In this document: one piece after another, positions 12,653 to 26,835 of the stretch
Position numbering within the stretch: the stretch's first letter is position 1
How the letters are laid out: each line of letters begins with the position of its first letter
NCBI RefSeq assembly: GCF_021869535.1
Contig: NW_026262637.1
Coordinates: 1,736,001 to 1,800,000 of the forward strand
DNA: 64,000 nucleotides
Direction: 5' to 3'
DNA from: Mytilus californianus
Lineage: Eukaryota
Program-made: the position numbers and the translations under genes
Notes under the pieces: generated by a model
What the model was told of the DNA's origin: nothing
Database searches by the model: none
The model's input: only the letters and a program-made list of their open reading frames with translations

Positions 12653-15025
12653 AAATATGACAAATATGTGTCATCAAATTAATTATGCACAGATGATTTA
12701 TCTAAACAGTTCAGCTAATTTACAATATTTTGTCTAAATTCCTCAAAAATATAGCTATGTTATGCATACACTACCATAAAAAGTTATTAGTTTATTCGGT
12801 GCGACAAAAGTTTTATAGTATGTGTAGACACTCCTGTATATCGTTGAAGACTGTAGGATTTCTAGATGTTTTTGTCAGTGAAATGTTGTCTCATTGTGAT
12901 TATCTTACATCCTTTTTCCGGCAGAACTGTCAGTACAACTTCAAGTTGTAATTTGACGTTAATATTTATTTTTGATACTGCAAAACTGTGGTCGTACAAT
13001 GGCAAAAAGTAGAATAACAAAAATACCGAACTCCAAAGTAAATTCAAAACAGATAGTTCTTTATCAAATGGCAAAATCAAAAGCTCAAACACATCAAACG
13101 AATGGAAAACAACTGTCATATTTCTGACTTGGTACAAGTCAGGCAAGATAGTTATGTTTTCTTACCGCTTGTCTATAATAAGAACTTGTTATAAAAATGC
13201 ATATTTGACGTTTTTTTTTTCCATTTTATTATTTTCTAAGGGCTCTCATATATTTGGTCCTCCGAACTCATGAGATTGAATATTTTGGTCAAGTGTTATT
13301 TCGAATGAAGTAATTTTGATAAGTCATATTTGATTTCATTCAGTATCAGTAATTGAAAACTCTTAGTCTCATTTAAACCAATATGATTACATTAACTGTA
13401 AATTTTGATTATCAATTCGACTTTCAAAACGTTTAAATACAAAAGGTTTGGTATGTTGTGGGTTGGTTGTAATGCAATAAGATATAATTAATCCTAAAGA
13501 TAGCATCGTGTACAATAAAAGAGCGTTTATCTATACGACTGAAACGCACGGTAATAATCCTGATGTAATGTAAAATTATCTTAAAAACAGTTTTTCCAAT
13601 ACAGCAGAAGATCATTACTGATACCTATACTTTCTCTCTATTACCTAATTTTAAACCCCAAAAAACAAATAAAGACAAATATAATGAAAAACTTCATTCA
13701 AGAGCAAATAACTCCTATGAGGAGGAGGGGTTAGAAATAAGTATATTCTTTCGAAAATAAGGAGATGTGGTATATTTGCCATTGAGGCAACTATCTACCA
13801 GATAAATGAAATGGATGTAAGCGATTATAGGTCACCGTACAGCCTTCAACAATGAGAACATTCATACTGTATTGTCTAATTTAAAAGGCCACGCTATGTT
13901 GTAGCGTGTTCACTGAGATAGTCTACATAAATCTTTTACTTTTTACATTAACAAACAGTTGTACCGTTTGGTAAAAGCGCTGTTCTAATACTATACCCCG
14001 ATTATATACAGTATCTTCTAATCAATTTATTTTCTTAATCTGAATTCGAAATCGGCAACTTAGATTGTTGTTACAAAACTATCACTATGAAATTGCTAGT
14101 CTTAGATAGATCATTGTTTTGTTTGTTTTTATTGGGCTTTGGATTAGCTGTCATAAATTGAGAGCACTCTTAGATCTATACACTGTGCCTTTTGCATTTT
14201 GTTTTTACTTGTTTTTTGTGCTTTGTATTGAGTTGAAACCTTTTCAACAGATTTGTTGTAATATTATTATTAAAGTAAGAAGATGTAGTATGAGTGCCAA
14301 AGAGACAACTCTCCATTCAAGTCACAATGTATAAAATGTTCACAACTATAGGTTACAGTACGGTCTTCAACACGAAGCCTTGGTCCACACCGAACAGCAA
14401 GCTATAAAGGGCCCCAAAATTACTAGTGTAAAACAATTCAAACAGGTAATTCACCGGTGTAACCTAAACATCACTGTCCAAGGTTAGGAGAAGGTTTGGC
14501 GCCAGCAAACATGTTTTACCCCACAATAGTTTTATATTTCTGTCACAAGTCAGGAGACTCTTACTACTATTCGGTAGTATTTTCGATTATTTTTTGTACA
14601 TGAATCAGTCCATTAGTTTTCTCGTTTGGATTGTTTTACATTTTACATTTTGAGGTCTTTTACTATCTATGATGAGTTTATTTACAAGTTACTATGCAAT
14701 TTGGGTATTTCTCATTGTTGAAAGCCGTACGGCGACCTATAGTTGTTAACTTCTTTTTTATTTGGTCTTAGGCTAAAAGTTTGTCTCATTGGAAATCATA
14801 CCACATCTTATTTTTACATGAAATGTTTTATGATATGTATCAACAACTATTATTTTGTTCTAATATCCTTTTTGTAACCGAGACAAAATAATAATTCTAC
14901 CTGATTTGACTTGACGGCGACATGCATAGATTAAATATATTCCTTAAATTCAAAACTAATAATTATGTTTACAGAAAAATCAACGGACTCTTCACGATTT
15001 TAATTTTTTGAATACCGATATATAA

Positions 15026-15160
15026 AAAGTAAAATACCAAAAATACTCAACTCCGAGGAAAATTCAAAACGGAAATTCCCTTATCAAATGGCAAAAAAAC
15101 AAAGCTAAAACACATCAAACGAATGGATACAAACTGTCATATTCCTGACTTGATACAGGT
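15026..15160 (+). repeat. Dispersed repeat family 3 (AAAGTAAAATAACAAAAATACCGAACTCC..CTGTCATATTCCTGACTTGGTACAGG)
   Basis: Recurs at about 13005-13140, 22115-22240, 27175-27310, 34868-34940 and 57420-57560 (+), and 54120-54335 (-). Confidence 0.8.
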
Positions 15161-15529
15161 CGGACTTTTCTAGCTTTATCAAATTGTCCTCTAAATGTCT
15201 TTCAGTTATTTATACCATTGAAATGCAGTTTCCGTGACATTGACATCTCATTTAATGCAAACTCGTACGTTGAGTTATTTATTGCTTTACTTGTCAACGT
15301 ATATTTGTTCCGGTTAAAGCAGTTCCGCTGGGAACTTTATTATACAATGTGACAAGATATATTTTTTTTGGAAGAAATTTTCTATACCCTTAATATTCCG
15401 AAAGGAACATATTTCATTATATGTGTTTCAGTGGTAATAATATAACAATATATTTTTTCCGTTTGAACTTTAGTACGAAGGAACAGAACAATTATTTCAT
15501 AGCTCAATCACCTAATCATCTAAATAATC

Positions 15530-16150
15530 TACATCGTAAAGTAGAGAAAAACCTTGTCGATTTTTTGATGTAGAGAAAATCCAGCAGATATTTTATAGTA
15601 GATAAAATCCAGTGGTTATTTTTTATATTAGAGGTTATGTATATATATTAAATCAAAAATCATCAAGTAGATATTTCATGGTCGAGACAATCTTGTTAAT
15701 ATTGTACTGTAATGAACATAATTTAGATATTTTGAAGTAGAGAAAATATAGATAGTTAATAGTAGAGACAATTCTGTACATAGTTTTAAGCCGAAAAAGT
15801 CCTTTTGATATTTCTAATAAACAAAATCCTGCAGATAGTTTATAGTAGCGACAATATTTAGATAGTTTATAGTAGAGAACATCCTGCAAATATTTTAAAG
15901 AAGAGATAATCATGTAGATAATTTATAGTAGAGGGAAATCTGTAGATATTATGAAGAGCATAAAATACTAGATATCTTTATCCTGTGGATACAATTTTTT
16001 ATGTTTGTACTTTGTAGTAGAGATAATCCTGAACATGTTTCATAGTAGAGATAATCATGTTGATATTTTATAGTAAAGAAAATCCTGTAAATATTTTATA
16101 GTAGAGAAAATCAATGAGATAATTCAAAGGTAAGAAATCCTATCGATAGA
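15530..16150 (+). repeat. Degenerate minisatellite, unit about 28-29 bp (ATAGTAGAGAAAATCCTGTAGATATTTT)
   Basis: TAGTAGAGA(A/T)AATC recurs roughly every 29 bp. Confidence 0.7.
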
Positions 16151-17398
16151 TTTTAACACTGAAAAAATATTAGGCAGTAAGTTCAAAGGGAAAATGTACA
16201 CATTGCAGATAAAATCGTTTTATTGTCCTCGAATACAATCATAAAACTTTATAAAGTGTACGAATGTATCTTTACAGTTTATCAATCTTATTGATAAAGA
16301 TGAATACAAACAAATGTATTTCATTACGACGGACTATTTATGAACGTTTGAAAAATATCTAAACCATTACGAAAACCATAACAAACACTTTCAAAGCGCT
16401 TTTATGTAAAAAAAATATATTGCAAACGAATACTGAGTAAAGTTTTAATGAAAATGGGAGGGTCAAGCCATGCAAATGCATTGAATAGACCTCCTTTTCC
16501 TTTCGATCTCAACCACATAAACGACAGTGGCTTACAGTTATGCTAGGTATGGATAGCAATACTACCAAAGGGGATTTTTCTCAAACTTTTTTTTTGTTTT
16601 TGATATGTTCATAGGACTTGAAATATGTCATTTTCTAAACATTGAAGGAAAAAGCTAGGGCGTCCCAGTCAATTGCATAAATCTGCTTGATCTTTCAATC
16701 TTCATGAAATAGCCTAAAGTCTATCGAATTTAGCTAACAGTTAGGTTAAGCATCAATAACAATAGGTTTTTTCAATCACTTTTTTATTTTCGATATGATC
16801 TGCCATTTTACTATATATATACAAAATCTATGAAATTCAACGAATATCAAAAAAGGAAGGCCACGGTGCATTGGATAAACTTCCTTTATCTTTTATTCTA
16901 ATTGAAATTTAGCACAGGGAACGGTTTCTGTCTAATTATGTACGGAGGACTCAACGTGTCTGTTTGATAATCACAATATATTGCAAATTTCTACCGGATA
17001 CCCATTTAATGACATTAAGACCGTTTAAATCTTTCACTTTCTATGTTCGGAGAACTTAAAGTGTCATTTCACAACATAAAATCAACTAAAATTAAAGGAA
17101 AAGCTATAAGGACAGGAACATTGGATTCACATTATTCATCTTTCAATACTTTTCTTTGTAAGTGATACCATGCCTGGCATCTAAAGACAATTGATATTAA
17201 AATTGAGAATGGAAATGGGGAATGTGTCAAAGAGTGCTCGTTTTACTTTTAATTTTAAACTTATTTTCATACAAAAAAGTATTTAACCAGGCATACTATT
17301 TATCTTGATTTAAATTTTTATCGATTACGTACACGAACAATTTACATGTAGAAACGAATGACGTATTTCCTGTTATGTATTTATAGTTTACCTTCCAG

Positions 17399-17447
17399 GT
17401 GGATCATTATCAAAATACGAGAAAATGAAAAGAAAAAAGAAAACAAG
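17399..17447 (+). other. Candidate upstream (5'UTR or short coding) exon of the HEPN gene
   Basis: Good acceptor TTTACCTTCCAG and donor AAG|GTATTT. The frame GSLSKYEKMKRKKKT ends in phase 2 and would splice in frame to 26133 (R-E-MEAN). Unverified. Confidence 0.3.
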
Positions 17448-20367
17448 GTATTTTAAAAGATGTAAGTACAAACATGTTGCCTTATGCCTAAAGTTCAGAT
17501 ATTGGAAAAAGGTAATACTTTGGGTACAGGGAATCAATTAAAAAGGAAATATCTATCTAGCAAGATGAAAAAAAAATGTTTGTACTAAAGGGAAGGAATT
17601 CAAGCAGGATAAACAATAAACAAAATGGTTGACTGTTGTTTGTGTTCAGATAACGCAGTTTGAAACGTAAACATTAAAAACAGTTAGACATATGTTAACT
17701 TACAATAACTTTATTCATTATTTAAGAAATTTTAGAAGGTTAACTTACAATAAATTTATTCATTATTTAAGAAATTGAACATAAAATTCCTACTGAAATA
17801 ATAACTTTAATGTTGCTCAGGTGTCTTTCTCAATCTTGGAATTTTATAAAGCATATTACACTCGGTCTAGATCTTAGATTAAATGAGCAGATTTCGAGAG
17901 TAGTATGTAATTTATGTGCATGACTTTTCATGTTCATATAGAAATTTATGTGTTTTATCTCATTGATGGCTGTATTTAACGACAAACAAAGAATGTGTTG
18001 TGAATTGACGTACTTTATTATGTAGCAAGAAAACGAGTTCTGTGGCCTCGTTTGTGTCTTTTTCTAACATAAAAGCATATTATTAGAGCTTCTGAAAATT
18101 CTATGGTGTGCTTTTTTTTATCACACAAATTTGGCTTTTTCATGCATAATCTATACAAAATCTGACAATTTTACACAACTTATAGCGTGAAAAAATCCAG
18201 GTGACCCATACTTTTTATTATCTTTTTGAAAAAAGCATGGTATAGACTTCATTTTGACAAAAAATTTAAAAAATCTATGGATTTTGATACAGAACCCCAA
18301 TCTACCTTAAACCACCGCTGGCATGGTTTCTGATTTTTTACAAGTGTGGAGTTTGAGTTGTTTTTGACTCTGGTTTAGCTCTAATAATTTATCGTGGAAA
18401 ATAACAAATATGTCCTTACAATAAGACACAACGCAAGAAATGACATGCCACTCTGTGTTTTTGTAAGATGTATTTCTGTTTGTTACCATTTGAGTTATGC
18501 CTTTTTAAACTGATTTTAATAGATTGTTCTTATGTTGTACTGTTACACCACTGTCTCAGATTAGAGAAAATCATGTTTAACCACGCCACATTCGGTATGT
18601 TCCTGTCCCAAGTCAGGAGCCTGTTGTTCAGGGGTTCTCATTGGTTCATGTTTTATATTTGTTTTTCGTAAATTGTTTTGTTATAAATTAGACCACTAGT
18701 TTTCTCAATTGAATTATTTTATGTTTTTCATGTCGGGGCCTTTTATATCCGACCATACGGTATCGATTTTTTGCATTATTGAAGGCTGTTTGGTAGCGAT
18801 AATTGCTTACATCCATTTCATTTGAAGTTTAGTAGATAGTTGTTTCATTGGCAATCATGCCACATCTCCTTTTTTTATAATGAAACATATACGTACTTAA
18901 AACTCAAAATCATCACATTTAACATCTTAGAACAAATAATCCGCGCGTTATTAGATTACATTGTAAACACATAACACCTCCTACAGCACATGTAATACAA
19001 GAGCTGAACAATGCTTCTATATAAAGTTACTGTATCAGTTTTCTACCAAAAGTAATCTTGGAAACTGGAATCTCAATAAAACAATTATTGACTGCATGAG
19101 TCTAAAATAAATAGAGAGTATATCATCTGGTCCAACTCAAAACGAGACATTTAGCTCTTTTGAAATCCGATAATAGTCGGTTATGAAAAAATAATTAACT
19201 TTCTGCCGATGGGAGCAATGGATCAGGTTGAGATTTGGAAAAGATTAAAGTGCCAATATGGGAATTAGGTGTACATGCTGCTTAGATATTTCACATCTTT
19301 CACACACATTTTTAAATATATACAAAAACACATATCAAAGAATCATGTAAAGAATAATTTAAAAGAGAGTGGAAAGATAATACTAAAGGGATAATCACAC
19401 TGATAAGTCAAAAATAAACTGACAACGCCATGTAAAAAAAACAAAAGTACACAAACACTAAGGACTGAGCAACACGAACCCTACAAAAAACTGGGCTGAT
19501 AAATAGTGTTGGGAAGATTCTGCTACACATATGACCCCTGTAATGTTGTTCATGTAAGTTTAAATCCTGTGAAAAGTCTACTTCAATAGATCACAATCTT
19601 GGAAAAAAGCTCGGGATTGGATTTACGAAAATTGAGACATATCCCTTGACATCTGTGGAACGGATATTCCATAACGATCACCGAACTCATAATTGCGTCA
19701 TCATTTAAATGAGTAATTCAGTGGTTGTCGTTTGTTTCTGTGTTACATATTTGATTTTCGTTAATTGTTTTGTACATTAATTAGGCCGTTAATTTTCTCT
19801 TTTGAATTGTTTCACATTTTTTATTTCGGGGCATTTTTATAGTTGACTATGCGGTATGGGTTTTGCTCATTGTTGAAGGCCGTACGATGACCTATAGCTG
19901 TTAATTTCTGTGTCATTTGGTCTCTTGTGGAGAGAAGTTTCATTGGCAATCATACAACATTTTCTTTTTTTATATCAAAGTATTGTAAACAATCTATTCA
20001 TAACTATGACAATATCAATGCTAATTGTTGTCAACAAGAGCTTCCTAATGACTGCAGAAACCTCCACCAGCAGTGTCATCGATCCAGTGATTATAAATTA
20101 ACTCATTATAGATACTAGTATACAACAGCTACCATATGTAACTCTAGAATATGAAAACCTAAAAGGTCAAATAAAGAACAAAATTGATGGGCATTGAGCA
20201 CCAGAAATTCCTCAGGCTTTGCAAAGTACAAATAAGTTAATTCATTCATGGGGCGAAAAGTCCTTAGCATTCCTTAGCATTCTGAAAAATTCAAAGTTAT
20301 GTAAATATTTCATTTCTAAATCATAATCATAATCAATGAAATTGTATGTAACAATGCTTGAACCAAA

Positions 20368-20824
20368 GGTGTAACAAAATTAATTCGGGCCCGGCCAGAA
20401 AGCACATACCAGAAGGTAGTACATATTTAACACAAAATAGTTCCTACGCATGGGTGTAACTTTTAAAATATGTAGAATATTTAGGTAATTGTGGCATCAA
20501 ATGAAAGCTGAATGACTGGTGATCATTGTAGAACACTTTTTGACTTAAAATTTTGAATAATAAAAAAAATTGCATGCAATTTTAAAATGAGGATACATTT
20601 TGCTTGTTTGTCAGATCTTAAGTACCTATTATGATACATCCGAAGTTCCGGGAACACCGTTCTTATATGCCAATAAAGGTATGCTGCTTTATTCAGTACA
20701 AGACACCAGAAAGTGTTGTTTTGACATGTAATGATTGTCACTTAAAGCAAAAGAGCTGTGCCTGCTTGAAACTTGAGGAATTTAACATAGAAAGCAATGA
20801 GGCCACGAATTAGTGGTGTACTTC
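20368..20824 (+). repeat. Local duplication; second copy split into 22331-22671 and 23331-23454
   Basis: GGCCCGGCCAGAAAGCACATACCAGAA..TCAGTACAAGACA and AAGTGTTG..TAGTGGTGTACTTC each occur twice in the same orientation. Confidence 0.75.
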
Positions 20825-21149
20825 ATATTACAGAGAATCATCAGAAATTCAATATTTAGAAGTTTTATCTATTCCAATGAAAATTGGTCATATTTGATGT
20901 CAGCTATCATGTTTAATCAACTTTTGTGGATGAAACATTCTGTTTATGCGAAATTACAGCTCTTAAATTGACACAATAAGGTATTTTTGCCTTTTATGGT
21001 CATACAACATTCATGCAGTTAAGACCCCAAGTTCTTATTTTTGCATTATTTGGGAATAAAATCAATAAAACATGTATATTATGACTTGTTTATTGTAAAA
21101 CAAATAGCTCTTGGTGAAATAAATCAATAATTTTTCATAATTTATTGGT

Positions 21150-21692
21150 TTTTATATGGTAGCCTTTTACAATCTACTCAATTGGTATATACTCATATAT
21201 ACCCGGGCTTGTATTTCCTATCATGATTTCCTTGATAGAGGATTGCTGCTCACAAGGAAGCTATTAAACCAAGAGTTCAAAATGGTGAAGTTGAAATCAT
21301 CCCTTCGTAAATTTTACGGACGCCATCACGAGTTGGTTGACCGTTATGGAATAACCGTTTCACAGATGATATCGGATATGTTCCTTATGGCGTAACTACA
21401 ATACCCTTCCCTTTTCACGAATGTGACCTCCCGAACTAGACTATTTACCGGATTTGTAATAACATAAGCAACACGACGGGTGCCACATGTGGAACAGGAT
21501 CTGCTTACCCTTCCGGAGCACCTGAGATCACCCCCAGTTTTTGGTGGGGTTCGTGTTGCCTAGTCTTTAGTTTTCTATGTTGTGTCATCTGTACTATTAT
21601 TTGTCTGTTTGTCTTTTTATTTTTGGCCATGGCGTTGTCAGTTTGTTTTCGATCTATGAGTTTGACTGTTCCTCTGGTATCTTTCGTCCCTT
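21150..21692 (+). mobile_element. 5'-truncated Penelope-like retroelement (C-terminus and 3' tail)
   Basis: RACISYHDFLDRGLLLTRKLLNQEF..LKSSLRKFYGRHHELVDRYG; nearly identical to the copy at 55700-56462. Confidence 0.8.
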
Positions 21693-24339
21693 TTTCATAT
21701 AAGAAATCCAAAATCTCACTGTACATATATGCAATTTTGGACCAGTTTTGCAAGTTATCCAGCTGAGGGATATATGAATTGCTCTAATAAACTATATTGC
21801 ACCACAAAAGTAGGGTTTATACCAAAAATGTCAATTTTCCTATTTGAAGAAAAATAGGGGGACAATTTTCTCAATTATGTCTTTGGTTTGGACTAATGTA
21901 TTTATCTTAATGAACAACCTCTGATACAAATATGACTATCTAATGGTAAGCACATTGTTTTCCTAGTAGAACTTTACAAATAGAACCATGGTATTGAGAA
22001 CAAATTAATCATATTGGTCATTGGTAATATCCCTATATGCAGTTTTCTCTGCATAACACATATGTTACTAGCAGTCAAATTTGACCTTAAAATCAGTATA
22101 ATAGTGTTTGGAAAAAGTAAAATCACAAAAATACTGAACTTTGAGGAAAATTCAAAACGGAGAGTCCCTAATCAAATAGCAAAATGAAAATAAAACACAT
22201 CAAACATGGGAAACAACTGTCATATTCCTGACTTGGACTAAAGCTTTATATGTTTTTTATTGACTGAAATAGATCTTAGAATGAAATTAAGTAATGCTGA
22301 GGTCAATATGGCAACTTTGGTTCTGTTATAGGTGTAGCACCACTAATTCCGGCCCGGCCAGAAAGCACATACCAGAAAGTATAACATATTTAACACAAAA
22401 TAGTTCCTAGGCATGGGTGTAACTTTCAATATATGTAGAATATTGAGATAGGTTTGGTATCAAATTAAAGCCGAATGACTTGTGATCAATATAGAACACT
22501 TTTTGACTTATGATTTTGAATAATAAACACAAATTAAATAAAATTTTAAAAACAGGGTACATTTTGCCTGTTTGTCAGATCTGAAGTACCTATTTTGGTA
22601 CATCCTAAGTTCTGGAAACCAGTTCTTTATATCTGCCATTAAAGGTATGCTGATTTCTTCAGTACAAGACATCATTGATGAAGAGCTAACCGTTATTATA
22701 AATGGTTGGCAGATATTATGCAAATATCAATTATAAAAGTCACAGTATTAAACTATTTTGAAAGTCCAAACTTTGGAAAACTAGAAGCAAGATTTGTTAA
22801 GATAAATAAAAGCAGCTGTATCAAAAGCTAATATCATTAATAATAGTTATTAATTATTATAAATAAATTACAATATATGTGAAATAATTTGCAGTGTGTG
22901 CAAAAATACATGAATAATAAAAAAAACTGTAAACTGTCGAAATCAGCTGTTCAGTCTGAGCACTAAGTTGAAACTGACTATATTTTCTCAAAACGTTTGA
23001 AGGATCAAGTAAATCAATACACCTAAAAATAGAACGTGTGTACATAAATATGAAAGTAAACCAAAATGGCCTTCTAGTTGACAAGTATGAATTTGGATAA
23101 TTCTGACATTATAAAATGATAAATATGGATTAAGTAGGATGCATTAATAACTTAATACGGTAGTTATATTGTAACTATGGAAAATCATTCTGCATAACAA
23201 GCAAATGTACAAAAGTGACAATATGTATTACCTAGTTTAGCGGAAAATATACGCCGAGAAATACGAATGAAAATAAATGAATGAAGGTTATTATTAAAAA
23301 AATACTGTCAATTATCGTGGCACAACAATAAAGTGTTGCTTTGACATGTAATGATTGTCACTTTATTTGAACTTAAAACAAAAAAGCTGTGCCTGCTTGA
23401 AATTGAGGAAATTAACATAGAAAGCAATGGGGTCAAGAATTAGTGGTGTACTTCCCAAAGTCTTTTATTTTTTGCAGAATTGCATAAAACAGAACATACC
23501 ATCAGTAATGGAATTGAAGAAAAAGTACAACGTTTGTTAAAAGCATCCTTTTTGAAATAAGAAACGTAAGTATGCATGCAACTTTTTTTTAAATCATTTA
23601 AATATGGATAAATAAAAAACACGTTTGAATATTGAAACTAAATGACTCTTCTCTTTGATATTATATGCAAATAAAAAGGCTAGACGGTCCGGTAAGGGCT
23701 TATTTCGGCCTAAAATTTGAAGTACATCCGAGGACAGATTTTTGACATTTTCTAAACAAGTATCGATTCAATTAATTTATGTAAAAGACTTGGACTGATT
23801 TGGTCAATAAAGACGTCTAAATTTAAGCTTAAATATTTTAAAATCTATCAAATATGCCACAAAACGTAATTTTTTCAAATGGTTTTGTCTAAATGAGAAG
23901 TGACCGCATTCGTGTTCAGATTCAAACTTGATATATGTTATGTATCAAATACAAAATATTCTAAAATATTAAAACTGAACACAAGTGTGGCCACATATAT
24001 TTTGAAACAAACCCCATCTAATAATTAGCACAAATGCTAAAATTGTTAAGATTTCAGTAATTTTGTATGAATTAATCATCCTAGTACCTGGTGCATGTGC
24101 AGTGTACTGTAAACTTAGTCTCCGTTGTTAATTTGCATTTTACATGTTGTAATGTACATTTATATCATTTATTAATGTATTTCTCTGTGCTGAATGTTCT
24201 TGTGTTTGTTTGTATTGTATTTCTGTCACATAGTGTTGTCATAGCGGTATTTTTAACATTGCCATATAAGCGGGAGATTTCAAACTCTTAATTGAATTGA
24301 GATATTAGCACATACATGTAGCATATCGCTACCTATATA

Positions 24340-24900
24340 TATTTAACGGGAAGTTTAACACAAAACTTTATGATAAAAGAGATGATTTTTCATTCCCTAT
24401 TGTTAATTATACATCCTTAGATTGTGACGTTCCCTTGTCATCATCTTACGGTGTTTATTTATCTCAGCTTGTTCGATTCGCTCGTGTATGTAACAATGTA
24501 TTTGATTTAATGAAATAAACCTCTGTATTACTGCAAAAAATTATAACACTAGGATTTTCGACATCACAAACTTGTCAAAACATTTACTAAATGTTATCAT
24601 CGGTACATGGACATCAATCGTTATTCAGAATATATTTAGTTACGAACTATTGTCAGGTCAATAAAGACAACATTTTTTTAAAAATTAATATTGATTCACT
24701 CATAGGATCTTTGAATCGGAAATACACACATTTATTCTAAAACCAGTTGTTGGCATGATACGGGTTATGTTCTTCTCGTATGTTTTATGATGGTATGATG
24801 TGTTTCCCTCGGTATTAGTTTTTAATCCAGATTTTTTCTCTCAATCGATTTATGACTTTTGAACAGCGGTGTACTACTGTTGGCTTTATGATAATAAACC
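24340..24900 (+). mobile_element. Decayed Penelope-like C-terminal fragment (same family as 11034-11990)
   Basis: TKLYDKRDDFSFPIVNY..SYGVYLSQLVRFARVCN read in frame, then frameshifts. Shares downstream sequence with about 11680-12120. Confidence 0.7.
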
Positions 24901-26132
24901 CTTGACGGGAGGGACTGTGCTTGATTTTTTATATAAGGAGTACTTAATCTTTCAGTCAGTTTGATTGATGCCTGGAGCTGGCATGTCAGTAACTGCTAGT
25001 AGTTCTTTGAAAAAGGTTGAGCTAGTTATAAAACCAGGTTTACCCTACCACTTTCTACATAAGACAATCATTGTACACTGTATTCAAGTCATGAATATGA
25101 CAGTTGATATCCATTCGTTTGATGTGTTTGTTCTTTAGATTTTGCCATTCACTAGGGTTATTCCGTTCGGCTTTTTTGTTATTTTATCATTGTCATTTTG
25201 CTTAGTTTCTTCTGTTACGTATTCTGACATCGGACACGGACTTCATTTTAACTGAGTGTTACTGTGCGTATTGCTTTATTCTACATTGGCTACAAAATAG
25301 GAGGAGAGTTGAGATTTCACAAAACATGTTTAACCCCACCGCATGTTTGCGCCTGTCCGAAGTCAGAAGCCTCTAGCCTTTGTTAGTCTTGTATACTTTT
25401 TCACTTTTAGTTCATTTATATGTTTCGGAGTTAAGTGTGACGTCATTTTCACTAAACTAGTACACATGTTTATGTAGGGACCAGCTGAAGCCCGCCTCCA
25501 AGTGCGGGATTTTTTGTATCTGTGTTGAAGACCAATTGGTGGCATTGGGCTGTTTTCTACTCTTCGATCGGGTTGTTGTCTCTTTCGCACATTCCTAATT
25601 TCCATTCTCAATTTTACATACAGTCATATATGAGTGCAATCCATGTATCACAACATGCAATAAATCAGCATTTAACGACTGACATGACTTGAAACATACC
25701 TTCAACAAAGGCTAAAGATAGCAAGGGAAAATCAAAGATCATAAGTTGAAGAGAAATATTCAAAAACATAGCGGAAAATAACGAAAATACACTACTTTAA
25801 AACTTAAGATTGAGCAACACGTATCAAATCAAAACCATTGGTTTATATCAGGACCTCAGGAAGAATAAAAATATTTTTCTTCTCGTGTGGCTCTCGTCGT
25901 GTAGCTCATGCTTAGCTCAAATTTGGTGTTAATTCTCACAGTTGAGAGTAAAGTATTGGAGAATGGTTACGACAATTGGAACATATCCGTCAAACCAAAA
26001 CATTCACAAAGTTTCATGTTGAACAAAAAAAACATAGAAAAGTACTCGTTATGTTTTATCTATAAAATTTATAAATATTTGGCGAATAAGATGAAATGGT
26101 ATCTACAGTAAAAATATCAATTCTTATTTCAG

Positions 26133-26835
26133 GGAAATGGAGGCAAACGTTGATATTGAAAAACAGTTCCTAAGACTGATTATGTTTTGCCATAAGATAT
26201 CCTTACCAGTTGTTAGAACATTTTTTGTAAGTGGTGTTCTTGGATGCCCTGATTATAACAACAACATTAGTACTTTTCTTGAACATCACAAACATGAAAT
26301 ATTTCATCTTGTTGGAGATTATAAGTGTTGTCAATGCACCAATCTGCCTTTATTTCAAACAAGTTCACTTAAATTTCGCCTTGGAAAGGATCAATTCAAG
26401 AAATTATATGAAATTGGGCTTTCACAACCCGGTCATTTTATGAAAGGATCCGGAGGACGAGTTATTCAGCAATGTCTGTGCTGTGTTACAGTTAGAAAAG
26501 AAACAGATCCAAAGACATATGATATATCCTTGTTGTTCGCCATTTTATATAACTGTGTTCAATTATCCGATAACAGAAGATTATGGTTAGATACAATTAG
26601 AAAGGGGAGAAATAGATTATGTCATCTTAATGATATAAACGACCTTTCGGAAAATGAGCTTCAAACATTGTGGGGAAACTTAGAATGTTCTGTTGTTCGG
26701 TTAGCTGAAGAGATCCATTCACTTCCATATTATAAAGAATGCATAGAGCAACACGTTGACACCTTCAAATATACAGACTACAACAGAGAGGCTATAGTTC
26801 CGATTATAGAATCAATGAGATCTGAAATAAACAAT
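26133..26835 (+). CDS. HEPN-TIR-like gene, exon encoding a DZIP3/hRUL138-like HEPN domain (ATG at 26137)
   Basis: 233-codon open frame. FLEHHKHEIFHL..CCQC..H..CLCC, DISLLFAIL, then RKGRNRLCH (R-x4-H HEPN motif, 26608-26625) and LWGNLE. Acceptor TTATTTCAG, donor AAT|GTAAGT (phase 0). Confidence 0.85.

Noticed and set aside
6208-25611. Most 60-100 aa ORFs in the track for this interval
   Set aside because: Chance frames in AT-rich or repeat DNA, often starting at non-ATG codons, without domain motifs or splice support. Exceptions are the Penelope-like ORFs listed as features.
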